Positions 19,729 to 29,288 of a stretch of DNA of 64,000 nucleotides are shown here, in pieces. This DNA is from Oceanispirochaeta sp. (GTDB lineage: Bacteria > Spirochaetota > Spirochaetia > DSM-2461): the NCBI GenBank assembly GCA_963666275.2, contig CAXXOA010000002.1, positions 2,112,001-2,176,000 on the forward strand. Direction: 5' to 3'. How positions within the stretch are numbered: position 1 is the first letter of the stretch; each line of letters opens with the position of its first letter. Position numbers and translations under genes: made by a program. The notes below the pieces were generated by a model. The model was given only the letters and a program-made list of their open reading frames with translations. It did not search any database and was not told the origin of the DNA.

Positions 19729-20896
19729 TTTTCCGCTCCCGCTTCACTGTTTCCGCAAATTTGGTGCATCGGTCCAGAATGGAATCCGGATCCTTCAGCG
19801 GGTAGTACTGATCCTCAATGGTGAGGATCCTGATACCCATTTTATCCAGTTCTATTTTCAGCTTGGGAAGGTCCCATATGTAGGACTCGTCGTTGTGATT
19901 CATAAAAATGACAACAGCTTCGGCTCCCGTTTCTTTTACCCTCTCAGGCAGGGCCTGAGCTCTGTCTTTTATAAAGGCCCTTTCACTGCTGGGAAACCGG
20001 TTATGGTATCTGTCCGCAATGGCTCTTGCCGGAGGACGGGCGGTATCAGTCTCTCTGTCCGTATAGCGGTCCCCGGGAACTTTATCTTCACACACCACAT
20101 TCAGTCCGGCATTCTGCAGAATCTCATATACTTCGGTTGTATCCTGCATACTTCCTGTATAGAGGCATCTTACGTTTTCCAGGACGGGCCATCCGGCCGC
20201 ATCTTCTGTAAGAGCCCGGAGCAGTTCAATGGCTTTCTTTTTTTCCAGATAAAAAGATCCGGCCAGGACTGTGAGAGCTTCACTTCCGGTGATCCGGCTT
20301 TCAGGACCGAACCGGAGGGCGGAAAAATCTCTCAGGGCAGCCTTGTAGGCATTACAGAGTGTGATTGCTTCGGCCAGATCTCTGTCACTGATCTTTTTCC
20401 CGGTCCACTCTTCCACCCTTGTCTGAAACCTCTGGGTTTCCCTCCAGTTCCGTTCCCGGGTTCTGAACTCCTTGTTGACAAGCCAGTAATCCACGTATTC
20501 GATGTCGGGCAGCCTCCGCTCAGGCTCGATTTTTTTGAGCTGAACCAGATAGTAGAAGAGTTTTTGAATGATATCGGACGAGTTGGACAGAACCAGATAG
20601 TCCATGATATCCGAATGCTCATCGTTCATGATTGTTTCAAACAGCCCTCTCCAGAGGGCTCCGAAAGACATTTCCAGATATTTATCTGCATTCGGACGGT
20701 TGTCGGGGTGTCCCCAGAGTCTGACCGGAATCAGGTCCGCCGCCATGAGGATCTCTTCGGGAACTTCATCTCCCAGCATCCAGGCTGTCTTTTTTCCACT
20801 CAGCATAAGATTCAGAATCGATTCATGTTTATGATCAAATGCCCTTTTAAACTCATTATATGCGGCACTTTCCAGTGCACATGGTCTTGTAGCCAA
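19721..20896 (-). CDS. 2-hydroxyacyl-CoA dehydratase / BCR family second subunit (HgdB/BcrC-like, cysteine motifs degenerate)
   Basis: VPEEILMAADLIPVRL, ADKYLE, RITGSE, AIADRY; overlaps the partner gene. Confidence 0.8.
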   Translation of the reverse strand: MATRPCALESAAYNEFKRAFDHKHESILNLMLSGKKTAWMLGDEVPEEILMAADLIPVRLWGHPDNRPNADKYLEMSFGALWRGLFETIMNDEHSDIMDYLVLSNSSDIIQKLFYYLVQLKKIEPERRLPDIEYVDYWLVNKEFRTRERNWRETQRFQTRVEEWTGKKISDRDLAEAITLCNAYKAALRDFSALRFGPESRITGSEALTVLAGSFYLEKKKAIELLRALTEDAAGWPVLENVRCLYTGSMQDTTEVYEILQNAGLNVVCEDKVPGDRYTDRETDTARPPARAIADRYHNRFPSSERAFIKDRAQALPERVKETGAEAVVIFMNHNDESYIWDLPKLKIELDKMGIRILTIEDQYYPLKDPDSILDRCTKFAETVKRERKNG

Positions 20897-20945
20897 TGAA
20901 CATACCTCCTTTATGAACGGATAATCCTGTAGTTGATTAAAAATG

Positions 20946-21015
20946 ATGCTACCATGTTTATTTTTTGATTTCTAACACCAAAAGAAACGTATCACTACAA
21001 CAGAAAGATTGTAGT
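20946..21015 (-). promoter_or_regulatory. Putative LysR operator/promoter of the leftward operon
   Basis: ACTACAA-N8-TTGTAGT palindrome; TGGTAGCAT extended -10; collinear with 22223-22293. Confidence 0.6.
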
Positions 21016-21146
21016 AGATGGTCTGGATAGAGTTTCAGCGTGTAGAAGAGTGCAAATATTGCAATAATTTTAATAAATACTGTTTTTCTGTTTTAGTGAA
21101 CCTATGGTATAATGTCGAACATGTTCGACGAAATGAGGGAGACCGT

Positions 21147-22118
21147 GTGACTATATTGAATCTTCATATGTTTGTGGAAATCGTCAAAGATATGAATCTG
21201 TGTGTGACTGCCCAGAGATTGAATACCACCCAGCAGGGCTTGTCGGGTCATATCAAACGTCTTGAGACTCACTTTGGTGTCCGCCTGTTTGAGCGTAATC
21301 CCCGTCTTCTACTGACTTCCGAAGGAAACTTCCTGCAGCGGGAATCAAAGAGCATCCTGGATGCGGAACAGAGAATTTTTACCCATTTCGGAACGGGAGG
21401 AAAGTACCACTCCGGCAGTATCAGGGTTTCCTGCGGTATGGCCCGGGCCCGGTACAGCCTTCCCCATATAATCAGTGAGTTTACCTCCCTTTACCCCTCG
21501 GTCAGTGTGAATCTGGTGGATGAGAATACGTTACGCGAAACAGATGTGTTCTCGGAAGCTAAAGTGGATATGGTCATAGGCCGTCCGGTTAAAACATCCA
21601 GCCAGGTCATGGAGATTCCTCTCATAGATCTTCAGGGGTTTATTATGGTCTCTGATTCGCTGCTGAGAAAAAGTCTGAAATCGGGAACAGAAAACTTTAT
21701 CAGAAACGCTCAGGGAGGAGTGGAGGTAAAGGATATTCCCGGGGACATACCCATGGCCTTCCCGGGGGTCATGAAAAAGGAGCCCTGGATCTGTGAGCAG
21801 ATCCCCGAACTCCGGAGCAGACCCCGGGTTTCGGTAGACCGGGAGAACTATGATATCCTTGTCGGTTTGTGCCGGGAGGGAAAGATGATGATGCTTATCT
21901 CCGAGATGTACCTTCACTTTATCAAGAAAACCTACTCATCCCAGTTCTATGAAAATATCCATTTCTTTCCCCATATTCAGGAGGGCTGCCGCTTTATCGA
22001 GCATGAGGTCCTCTCTTATGACGCCAGTAAGTACCATCCCCAGTATTTCCAGGACTTCATCAGTATTATCCTGAAGGAGTTTCAGGGAATCCGGCATGAA
22101 TTCGATGAGTGCCGTTAA
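21147..22118 (+). CDS. LysR family transcriptional regulator
   Basis: TAQRLNTTQQGLSGHIKRLETHFGVRLFER HTH; GTG start after GAGGGAG. Confidence 0.9.
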   Translation: MTILNLHMFVEIVKDMNLCVTAQRLNTTQQGLSGHIKRLETHFGVRLFERNPRLLLTSEGNFLQRESKSILDAEQRIFTHFGTGGKYHSGSIRVSCGMARARYSLPHIISEFTSLYPSVSVNLVDENTLRETDVFSEAKVDMVIGRPVKTSSQVMEIPLIDLQGFIMVSDSLLRKSLKSGTENFIRNAQGGVEVKDIPGDIPMAFPGVMKKEPWICEQIPELRSRPRVSVDRENYDILVGLCREGKMMMLISEMYLHFIKKTYSSQFYENIHFFPHIQEGCRFIEHEVLSYDASKYHPQYFQDFISIILKEFQGIRHEFDECR

Positions 22119-22222
22119 GCCCTTTTCTGAATATTCCGGACTCCTTTCTCGTTTTTCAGACCCCGCCGCATCTCCTGTCTCCCGTTCCGATCGAATCCTC
22201 CTGTCAGAGCAGATTATTTTTT

Positions 22223-22293
22223 TACAACAACAATAATGTTGTAGTAGTACCCGTATTTTGATGTTAGCGTGCCAAAAAATCCTATGATAGCAT
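22223..22293 (+). promoter_or_regulatory. Putative LysR operator/promoter of the TRAP operon
   Basis: TACAACA..TGTTGTAGT, TTTTGATGTTAG, TGATAGCAT. Confidence 0.6.
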
Positions 22294-22343
22294 TCTTTTA
22301 AAAGGTTGAAATTTGTGAATCAAAGCTCACAAAAGGAGGAATA

Positions 22344-22823
22344 ATGAAGCGATTAATCACCTTTACCGACTTCCTGGCCAGGGGAGTTGTTCTTTTTTCC
22401 TGTGTCTCTTTATCCCTGGTTGTTCTAATAATCGCAGTCAATGTTATTGGAAGGGCCTTTAATCATCCGATTCCCGGAGGTTATGATCTGACCATACTCT
22501 GTTCCGCAGTTTCGGGGAGTCTGGCAATTGCTTACACCACAAAACAATGTGCCCATGTGAGCGTCGATATTGTTACAAATATCCTGCCCCCTTTCCTTAA
22601 AAGAATCCAGAGTATGATAACCCATCTTGTGGCGCTGTTCATCTTTGTGATACTGGCCTGGCAGGCTGCGATTGTCTTTGTGGAACGGTTCCACGGAGAG
22701 CTGACGGACACTCTGAGGATCCCCATCTGGCCCTTCCGGCTGATATGGCTCTTTTCCATGTGCTGTTCAATCCTTTTCTGTGTCACTCAATTCATCATAG
22801 CTATGCTGGGAGGTGAAGAATAA
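22344..22823 (+). CDS. dctQ: TRAP small permease
   Basis: 4 TM, NVIGR, HVSVD. Confidence 0.88.
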   Translation: MKRLITFTDFLARGVVLFSCVSLSLVVLIIAVNVIGRAFNHPIPGGYDLTILCSAVSGSLAIAYTTKQCAHVSVDIVTNILPPFLKRIQSMITHLVALFIFVILAWQAAIVFVERFHGELTDTLRIPIWPFRLIWLFSMCCSILFCVTQFIIAMLGGEE

Positions 22824-24130
22824 TGGATCCTATTACAATAGGTATTATCGCCATAATACTTCTGGTTGTTCTGATGGGAATCGGGATACCTATAGGGTTT
22901 GTCATGATGATCCTGGGGTTTGCGGGAGTGGCGATTCTGGTGAATCCCTCTGCGGCCCTTATGAAAATGGCTGTGATTCCCTTCAGTTTTGTATCCAACT
23001 ATGACTTTGCGGTTATTCCCATGTTTATGCTCATGGCGAATATCATCCTGGTCTCCGGACTGGGAACGGACCTCTACAGGATCGCTTCCAAATGGATGGG
23101 ACGCCGCAACGGGGGACTGGCCGTGGCCACCACTGTGGCCTGTGCGGGATTTGCCGCTATCAGCGGTTCCGGGCTGGCTACTTCGCTGACAATCGGTCAG
23201 ACCGGCATGCCGGAAATGAAGAAATATAAGTATGACACCGCATTTTCCGCCGCAGTTATCTGTTCCAGCGGAACCATCGGTCTTCTTATTCCTCCCAGTA
23301 CGGCTCTGATGGTGTACGGTATTGTGACGGGAACTTCCATCCGGAGCTTATTTATCGGAGGTTTTATTCCCGGTATCACTCAGGCTCTCTTCTATATCGT
23401 TCTGATCTCTATCATGACCCGGATCAAACCGTCCCTGGGACCCCACAGCGACAAGGCCTCTTTCAAAGAGAAGCTGCTCTCCCTGAAACAGGGGATTGAT
23501 ATTATTATCCTGATCTCCTTTGTTTTCTTCGGTATGCTTTTCGGCTGGTTCACTCCCACCGAAGCCGGAGCCATGGGTGCGGCGGGAGCCTTCCTGATAA
23601 CCATCGTCCGGAAAAGGATGGACTGGGAAGGATTCAAGTCGGCCATCCGGGATACCATCAAGATTTCAGGAATGTACTTTCTGATCCTGATCGGAGCCCA
23701 GATGTTCATGTACCTGACCTCCGTCACAACCCTTCCCCGGGTGGTGGCACTCTGGGTCGGCGGACTGGATGTGGCTCCCATGACAATTATGCTGATTATG
23801 ATGGGAATCTATATGATTCTGGGCTGTTTCATGAGCGGCAATGCCATCATGATGCTGACTATCCCCATCTTCTTTCCCATTGTTATTCAGCTGGGATTCA
23901 ATCCTATCTGGTTCGGAATCCTCCTTACCAGAGTTTCCGAGATCGGCCAGCTGACTCCTCCGGTGGGACTGGGTGTTTACAGTATTCAGGCCATTCTGCC
24001 TGAAAAAGTTCCCATTCACCGGATTTTCAAATGGACCGCATGTTTCGTCGGTGCCGATGCGCTCCATCTGCTTCTGCTTCTGCTCGTACCGGCTGTGACT
24101 TTGTTTCTACCAATGCTTTTTGCAGGTTGA
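22823..24130 (+). CDS. dctM: TRAP large permease
   Basis: IPMFMLM, GGLAVAT, LIPPS, TPTEAG, LTPPVG. Confidence 0.93.
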   Translation: MDPITIGIIAIILLVVLMGIGIPIGFVMMILGFAGVAILVNPSAALMKMAVIPFSFVSNYDFAVIPMFMLMANIILVSGLGTDLYRIASKWMGRRNGGLAVATTVACAGFAAISGSGLATSLTIGQTGMPEMKKYKYDTAFSAAVICSSGTIGLLIPPSTALMVYGIVTGTSIRSLFIGGFIPGITQALFYIVLISIMTRIKPSLGPHSDKASFKEKLLSLKQGIDIIILISFVFFGMLFGWFTPTEAGAMGAAGAFLITIVRKRMDWEGFKSAIRDTIKISGMYFLILIGAQMFMYLTSVTTLPRVVALWVGGLDVAPMTIMLIMMGIYMILGCFMSGNAIMMLTIPIFFPIVIQLGFNPIWFGILLTRVSEIGQLTPPVGLGVYSIQAILPEKVPIHRIFKWTACFVGADALHLLLLLLVPAVTLFLPMLFAG

Positions 24131-24154
24131 AAATAATAAAGAAAGGAGAATTCT

Positions 24155-25252
24155 ATGTTTACAAAAAGGAAAAACAGTTCTGTTTTACTGGCTGGTCAGA
24201 TTCTGGTTCTTATCCTGGTGGTTGGGCTCAGCGGATGCAGTAAAAAAACAGAGACCGCTTCCGGCGAAAAGTCAGAGAAGGCGCTCACAGAAATGAAGAT
24301 GACCTTCGCGGCTCCCCATACACCTCCCCAGACCTATGCTCAGGTGGATGTGGCTTTTACGGATCATATGAAAGAGGTTTCGGGAGGTAAAATCAATTTC
24401 ACCTACTATCCCGGAGGAACTCTGATCGGCGGAAGCGAAGCTGCTGCGGAACTGAAAGCCGGTGCAGCCGATTTCGGATGGCCCCGGGTAGGTTACTCCA
24501 AGCACGGGTATAAACTCTATAATGCCAACCTGATCTGGATGTACAACCTGGATCCGGTCGAGGATGTTGAAGCGGAACTGGAAATCTATAAAAAGCTCTA
24601 CGAACTGGAACCCATGTATTCCGAGTTTGACGGTATCGTTCCCTACGGTGCGAATGCTTCCGGTACAACAGCATGGCTTTTCACCAATAAACCCATTGAG
24701 TCTCTGAAAGATATCAAGGGAATGACCATCCGGGCTAATGCCGCCTGGGCCAAGGTTGTGACCGAACTGGGAGGCGTTCCCCTGAATATGCCCTTTTCCG
24801 AGCTCTATCTTGCCATGGAAAAAGGAACCATCGACGGAATCCTGGGACTGCCCGGTACGGTTATCAAAGGGGAAAATCTGGGAGAAGTTATCGATTATGC
24901 CATGGATATCAAGATGAACCAGAGCCCCTATTACGCCTGGGCCTTCAATGAAAAATCCTGGAATGAGATGCCCGCTGAAGCTCAGGAAATGTTCAAATCC
25001 GAAGAGGGATGGATTGAACAGAGGGTCGTTGACCAGCTTCAGGGAGAGAACGGACCTTCCATCGAATATGGAAAGGCTCTGGGAATCAACTTCCTTGATA
25101 TCTCAGAAGAAGATAAAAATATGTTATACGGCATTATGGACAGCGTCTGCCGGGAAAACTGTGCCGTTCTGGACGGAGAAGGCTACCCTGCCACAGAAAT
25201 GTACGAATACACCCAGAAACTGATCAAAGAGTTCAAAGACTCCCAGTCCTGA
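24155..25252 (+). CDS. dctP: TRAP substrate-binding lipoprotein
   Basis: Lipobox LSGC; YPGGTL, DIKGMTIR, ELYLAMEKGTIDG. Confidence 0.9.
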   Translation: MFTKRKNSSVLLAGQILVLILVVGLSGCSKKTETASGEKSEKALTEMKMTFAAPHTPPQTYAQVDVAFTDHMKEVSGGKINFTYYPGGTLIGGSEAAAELKAGAADFGWPRVGYSKHGYKLYNANLIWMYNLDPVEDVEAELEIYKKLYELEPMYSEFDGIVPYGANASGTTAWLFTNKPIESLKDIKGMTIRANAAWAKVVTELGGVPLNMPFSELYLAMEKGTIDGILGLPGTVIKGENLGEVIDYAMDIKMNQSPYYAWAFNEKSWNEMPAEAQEMFKSEEGWIEQRVVDQLQGENGPSIEYGKALGINFLDISEEDKNMLYGIMDSVCRENCAVLDGEGYPATEMYEYTQKLIKEFKDSQS

Positions 25253-25312
25253 TAAATCTCACCCGGGACAACCTTTTTCTCAGGCTGTCCCAAAAAATCT
25301 GAAAAGGAAGAA

Positions 25313-26530
25313 TTGATGAATAACACAGCATTAGAAGGCATCCGGGTTGTGGACCTGACCCAGTTTGAAGCGGGAACGGTCTGTACCATGTCTCTGGCAT
25401 GGATGGGTGCTGAAGTCATTAAAGTAGAACATCCGAAAAGGGGCGCCGGGGGAAGATTCTCCTTTGAGGATCCCGGACAGGACTGCAAGGGATTTCTTAT
25501 TATGAATGCCAATAAGAAATCGGTAACCCTGGATGTCAAATCTGAAAAGGGAAAAGAGATCCTGACAGATCTTATCCGCAACGGCGATGTGCTTGTTGAA
25601 AATATGGGCCCCGGTACCATTGAGCGTCTGGGTTTTGACTATGAGACCGTCAAAGCGATCAACCCGAAGATCATTTTTGCCCAGATCAAAGGCTTCGGAA
25701 AAGACAGCCCCTATGCGAAATTCCCCGCTTTTGCTCCCATCGGACACGCCACAGGCGGTGCAGCCAGCATTACCGGCGACCCTGAAGGTCCTCCCATGCA
25801 GATGGGTGTGAATGTGGGTGACAGCGGCCCCGGATATCTCTGCGCTATGGGGATAGTTTCGGCCCTCTATCAGAGAAATACAACCGGAATAGGCCAGAGG
25901 ATCGAAGTGACCATGCAGGAGAGTGTGATCGCCTTCGGCAGATCCGCCTGGGAACAGCAGTACCGGACAGGCAAAGCCGCTCCCCGGGCCGGAAACGGTA
26001 TGCCCCTGGAAAATGTGGCCCCTGCGGGAATGTACCCCTGCAAACCCTTCGGCCCCAATGACTATGTTCATATTTATATTTCCCGGCATCCCGGATCCAA
26101 ACAGTGGGATCTGTTTTGCGAAACTATCGATAGAACCGATCTGCTTGAGGATGAGAGGCTGAAAACACCCCAGTCCCGGTACAACTACCGGGAAGAGCTG
26201 AACACCATCATTGGTGAGTGGACCTCCCAAAGGACAAAGCATGAGGCTATGGAAACGCTGGCTCTGGCGGGAATTCCTGCGGGTGCCACTCTGGATACGA
26301 TGGAGATTACCAACGATCCCTATCTGAGAGAGCGGGGCATTATTTCAGAAGTGGAACATCCTTTTCACGGGAAAGTACTTATTCCCGGATTTCCTGTTCA
26401 TATGTCTGAAACAAAGGTTCCGGTACAGTGTGCCCCGGCTCTCGGCGCAGATAACAAAGTGATCTATCAGGATCTTCTGGGTATGACAGAAGCTGAACTT
26501 GATGCTCTGAAAGAGCAGAAAGTCATATAA
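25313..26530 (+). CDS. Family III CoA-transferase (formyl-CoA transferase-like)
   Basis: DLTQFEAG, NANKKSVTLD, ENMGPG, VGDSG catalytic Asp. Confidence 0.92.
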   Translation: MMNNTALEGIRVVDLTQFEAGTVCTMSLAWMGAEVIKVEHPKRGAGGRFSFEDPGQDCKGFLIMNANKKSVTLDVKSEKGKEILTDLIRNGDVLVENMGPGTIERLGFDYETVKAINPKIIFAQIKGFGKDSPYAKFPAFAPIGHATGGAASITGDPEGPPMQMGVNVGDSGPGYLCAMGIVSALYQRNTTGIGQRIEVTMQESVIAFGRSAWEQQYRTGKAAPRAGNGMPLENVAPAGMYPCKPFGPNDYVHIYISRHPGSKQWDLFCETIDRTDLLEDERLKTPQSRYNYREELNTIIGEWTSQRTKHEAMETLALAGIPAGATLDTMEITNDPYLRERGIISEVEHPFHGKVLIPGFPVHMSETKVPVQCAPALGADNKVIYQDLLGMTEAELDALKEQKVI

Positions 26531-26541
26531 AAGGAAATTTT

Positions 26542-27672
26542 ATGGACAAGGTTTCAATGGTTTTTGCCGGAGATATCATTCTGGGTGAGAATCCGGAGGA
26601 GTATTTCGGGAGCGTCGATCCTGTTCTGAGGAATACCGATGTGGTTGCCGGTCAGCTGGAGGTCCCCTACAGCAACAGGGCGCCGGAGCTGGCGGATCTG
26701 AATCGGCAGGTTGAAAACCTTGCTCCACTGAAAGAGTATTTTGACATTGTTTCTCTGGCGGGGAATCATATCTACGATGCAAAGGACCAGGGGGTCATCG
26801 ACACCCTCTCCTGGCTGGAGAACAATGCCATCCAGTATGTGGGCGGAGGCCTCAACAGGGCAGAGGCCAGAAAAGCCCGGATTGTAGAGAAACAGGGAAT
26901 CCGGATCGGATTTCTGAGCTATAACTGTACGGGGCCGTCGATCATGACTGCCACGGACTCCAAACCGGGTTGTGCTTCTGTTGATATTGTAACCCACTAT
27001 GAGCTGGGGGATATTGCCAATCCCGGGGGCCCTCCCGAATCGATCTACTCCTGGCCGGAACCGAAAAGCTACCGGAAGATGATAGAGGAGATCAGAGATC
27101 TCCGGACCAACTGCGATGTGCTCTGCCTTTACCTTCACAAAGGTCTGGTCCACAAGCCAATAAAACTGGCGGCCTACGAACAGCCTCTCTGTTACGGCGC
27201 CATTGATGCGGGGGTGGATATCATCTTCTGTTCCCATCCTCATATCCTTCACGGTATTGAGGTATACAGGGGAAAAACAATCTATCACAGTCTGGGGAAT
27301 TTTATAGCCTGGGTTCCCTCGCTCAGTCCCGGTTTCAAAGCGGTCCATGGTAAGAAAAATGAGTTTTTCGACCCGGAAGAGTGGGCTAAAACGCGGATTG
27401 AACGGTTTGGTTTTGTTCCCGATCCGGAGTATCCGACCTATCCTTTTCACAGTGAAGCCAGATTCTGCCTGATTGCCAGGTGTTATCTGGATAGAAGCGG
27501 AATCCTCAGTACCGGATGCGTTCCCATGATCGTGGATAAAAAAGGGGTTCCCCGTGTAGTAAAAAGAGTGGACGGGGGAGAGGAAGTCTTCAACTATCTG
27601 AAAATGATCACAGAGAAAGCCGGCCTGGAAGCGGAATTTTTCTGGGATAAAGAGGAAATACTGATCCGCTGA
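26542..27672 (+). CDS. CapA/PGA_cap family metallophosphoesterase-fold protein
   Basis: AGDI, QLE, LAGNHIYD, LHKG, SHPH, HSLGNF; no signal peptide. Confidence 0.85.
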   Translation: MDKVSMVFAGDIILGENPEEYFGSVDPVLRNTDVVAGQLEVPYSNRAPELADLNRQVENLAPLKEYFDIVSLAGNHIYDAKDQGVIDTLSWLENNAIQYVGGGLNRAEARKARIVEKQGIRIGFLSYNCTGPSIMTATDSKPGCASVDIVTHYELGDIANPGGPPESIYSWPEPKSYRKMIEEIRDLRTNCDVLCLYLHKGLVHKPIKLAAYEQPLCYGAIDAGVDIIFCSHPHILHGIEVYRGKTIYHSLGNFIAWVPSLSPGFKAVHGKKNEFFDPEEWAKTRIERFGFVPDPEYPTYPFHSEARFCLIARCYLDRSGILSTGCVPMIVDKKGVPRVVKRVDGGEEVFNYLKMITEKAGLEAEFFWDKEEILIR

Positions 27673-29288
27673 TGAAAGAGTTTCTGAAATCTACCATAGG
27701 AGAAAAGCTGAAAGAGACAGCTCTGCATTTTCCTCTCAGGACTGCTCTGAAGTCAGAGCGGGAAACTCTCAGCTATAGGGAACTGGACCTGATTACCGAC
27801 CGTATTGCAGCCAATCTTCTGGGTCTGGGCCTGAAAGCGGGAGACAAGGTTCTTCTGGTGGATGATAATTCGCTGCGGGGGATCTCTTTTTTCTATGCTT
27901 TACAGAAGATCCGGGTCATTCCTGTTCTGACAGGACCGAAAATCCTGCCCGGAGCCCTCCAGAACCTGATTGATCTGGTTCAATCCGATTATCTGGCCAT
28001 GGGGAGCGGAAAACACGCTCTCGAGCTCATGGACCAGATCCGCCTGAACAAGACCGATCTGAAAAGCCGTCTGGTCTTTTCTCTGGGCTATGAAGGTTAC
28101 CCGGGGCAGGTTGATTACTGCAGTCTCATAAGGGAACCCCGGGAGGTAGATCGGAAACATCTGGAGAGAGTCTTCCGGCAGGCGGATCCGGATGATACGT
28201 CCAGCATCCTTTTTACTTCCGGTACCACAGGAGTTCCCAAAGGGGTCAAAACCAGTCATTTTTCCTGGCTCAACAGCGGCTATTTCCAGGCCATTGATCT
28301 CGAGGCGAGTGAAAAGGATGTGTTCTGCAGCGTTCTGCCCATGTATCACTGTTTCGGTTTAAGCACCAACATCATTGCGGCTATGACCATAGGGGCATCG
28401 GTAGTCCTTCCGGAAGACCGCAGTCCCCGGGGAATCCTGAACGTTATTGAACGGCACGGGTGTACAATCCTGAATGCGGTCCCAACTGTTTTCTATCGTA
28501 TCCTGACATCCGGCAATTACCGGAAAAACGACCTCTCCTCTCTCAGAACCGGTATCATCGGCGGTTCCGGGTGCAGTCCCTCATTTTTCCGGGGAATAGA
28601 AAAGTCCCTGGGTATGACCCTCCTTTCCAGTCTGGGAATGACTGAAGCCACAGCAGGGATCACTGTCAGCACCATGAATGATTCCCTCGAACTGCGTTCA
28701 TCCAGTGTGGGCCGCTTTATGGACTGTGTTGAGGGGGCTATCCTAGATCCCCGGACTGGGGATCTTCTTCTGCCGGGACAGGTGGGGGAGATCTGCATGA
28801 AAGGATACCTGCAGATGCAGGGGTATTACGGAGCTCCCGCTCTTACTGCCGAGGTGATAGACCAGAATGGATGGCTCCATACGGGAGATCTCGGTTATAT
28901 GGACCATCAGGGATATTTGTATCTGAAAGGCCGGATCAAAGAGCTGATTATCAAAGGGGGTGAGAATATCTGTCCCTGTGAGGTGGAAAAAGTCCTGCTG
29001 GAAAACAATAAAGTGGCGGAAGCCAAAGTGATCGGTGTTCCCGATCTGCATTACGGGGAGGAGCTGTATGCATTTATAGTTCCCCAGCAGAATCAGGAAC
29101 TCAAGCTGGAGGAGATCTCTGCCTATACCCGGGAAAGGCTAATCCGGTTCAAGATTCCCCGGTATTTTTCCATTGTCGGAAATCTGCCGAAAAATACTAT
29201 TGGCAAAATCCAGGTGGACCATCTCAGGGAGACCGCCGTGAGGAATCTGGAGAGTGCTGAAAACAAAAAACTCCGCTACTATGAATAA
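27672..29288 (+). CDS. AMP-dependent acyl-CoA synthetase
   Basis: FTSGTTGVPKG, GMTE, LHTGD, GRIKELII, GK. Confidence 0.92.
   Translation: MKEFLKSTIGEKLKETALHFPLRTALKSERETLSYRELDLITDRIAANLLGLGLKAGDKVLLVDDNSLRGISFFYALQKIRVIPVLTGPKILPGALQNLIDLVQSDYLAMGSGKHALELMDQIRLNKTDLKSRLVFSLGYEGYPGQVDYCSLIREPREVDRKHLERVFRQADPDDTSSILFTSGTTGVPKGVKTSHFSWLNSGYFQAIDLEASEKDVFCSVLPMYHCFGLSTNIIAAMTIGASVVLPEDRSPRGILNVIERHGCTILNAVPTVFYRILTSGNYRKNDLSSLRTGIIGGSGCSPSFFRGIEKSLGMTLLSSLGMTEATAGITVSTMNDSLELRSSSVGRFMDCVEGAILDPRTGDLLLPGQVGEICMKGYLQMQGYYGAPALTAEVIDQNGWLHTGDLGYMDHQGYLYLKGRIKELIIKGGENICPCEVEKVLLENNKVAEAKVIGVPDLHYGEELYAFIVPQQNQELKLEEISAYTRERLIRFKIPRYFSIVGNLPKNTIGKIQVDHLRETAVRNLESAENKKLRYYE

Noticed and set aside
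18421..20896. Complete class I benzoyl-CoA reductase
   Set aside because: ATPase subunits and downstream dch/had/oah genes are absent from the window.
17266..20899. Long antisense ORFs (e.g. 17266-18714, 19700-20899; also 3975-4988, 5798-6973, 10468-11697)
   Set aside because: Shadow frames opposite well-supported genes, with no recognisable motifs.
26542..27672. Poly-gamma-glutamate capsule locus
   Set aside because: No capB/capC, no membrane anchor, and the context is catabolic.
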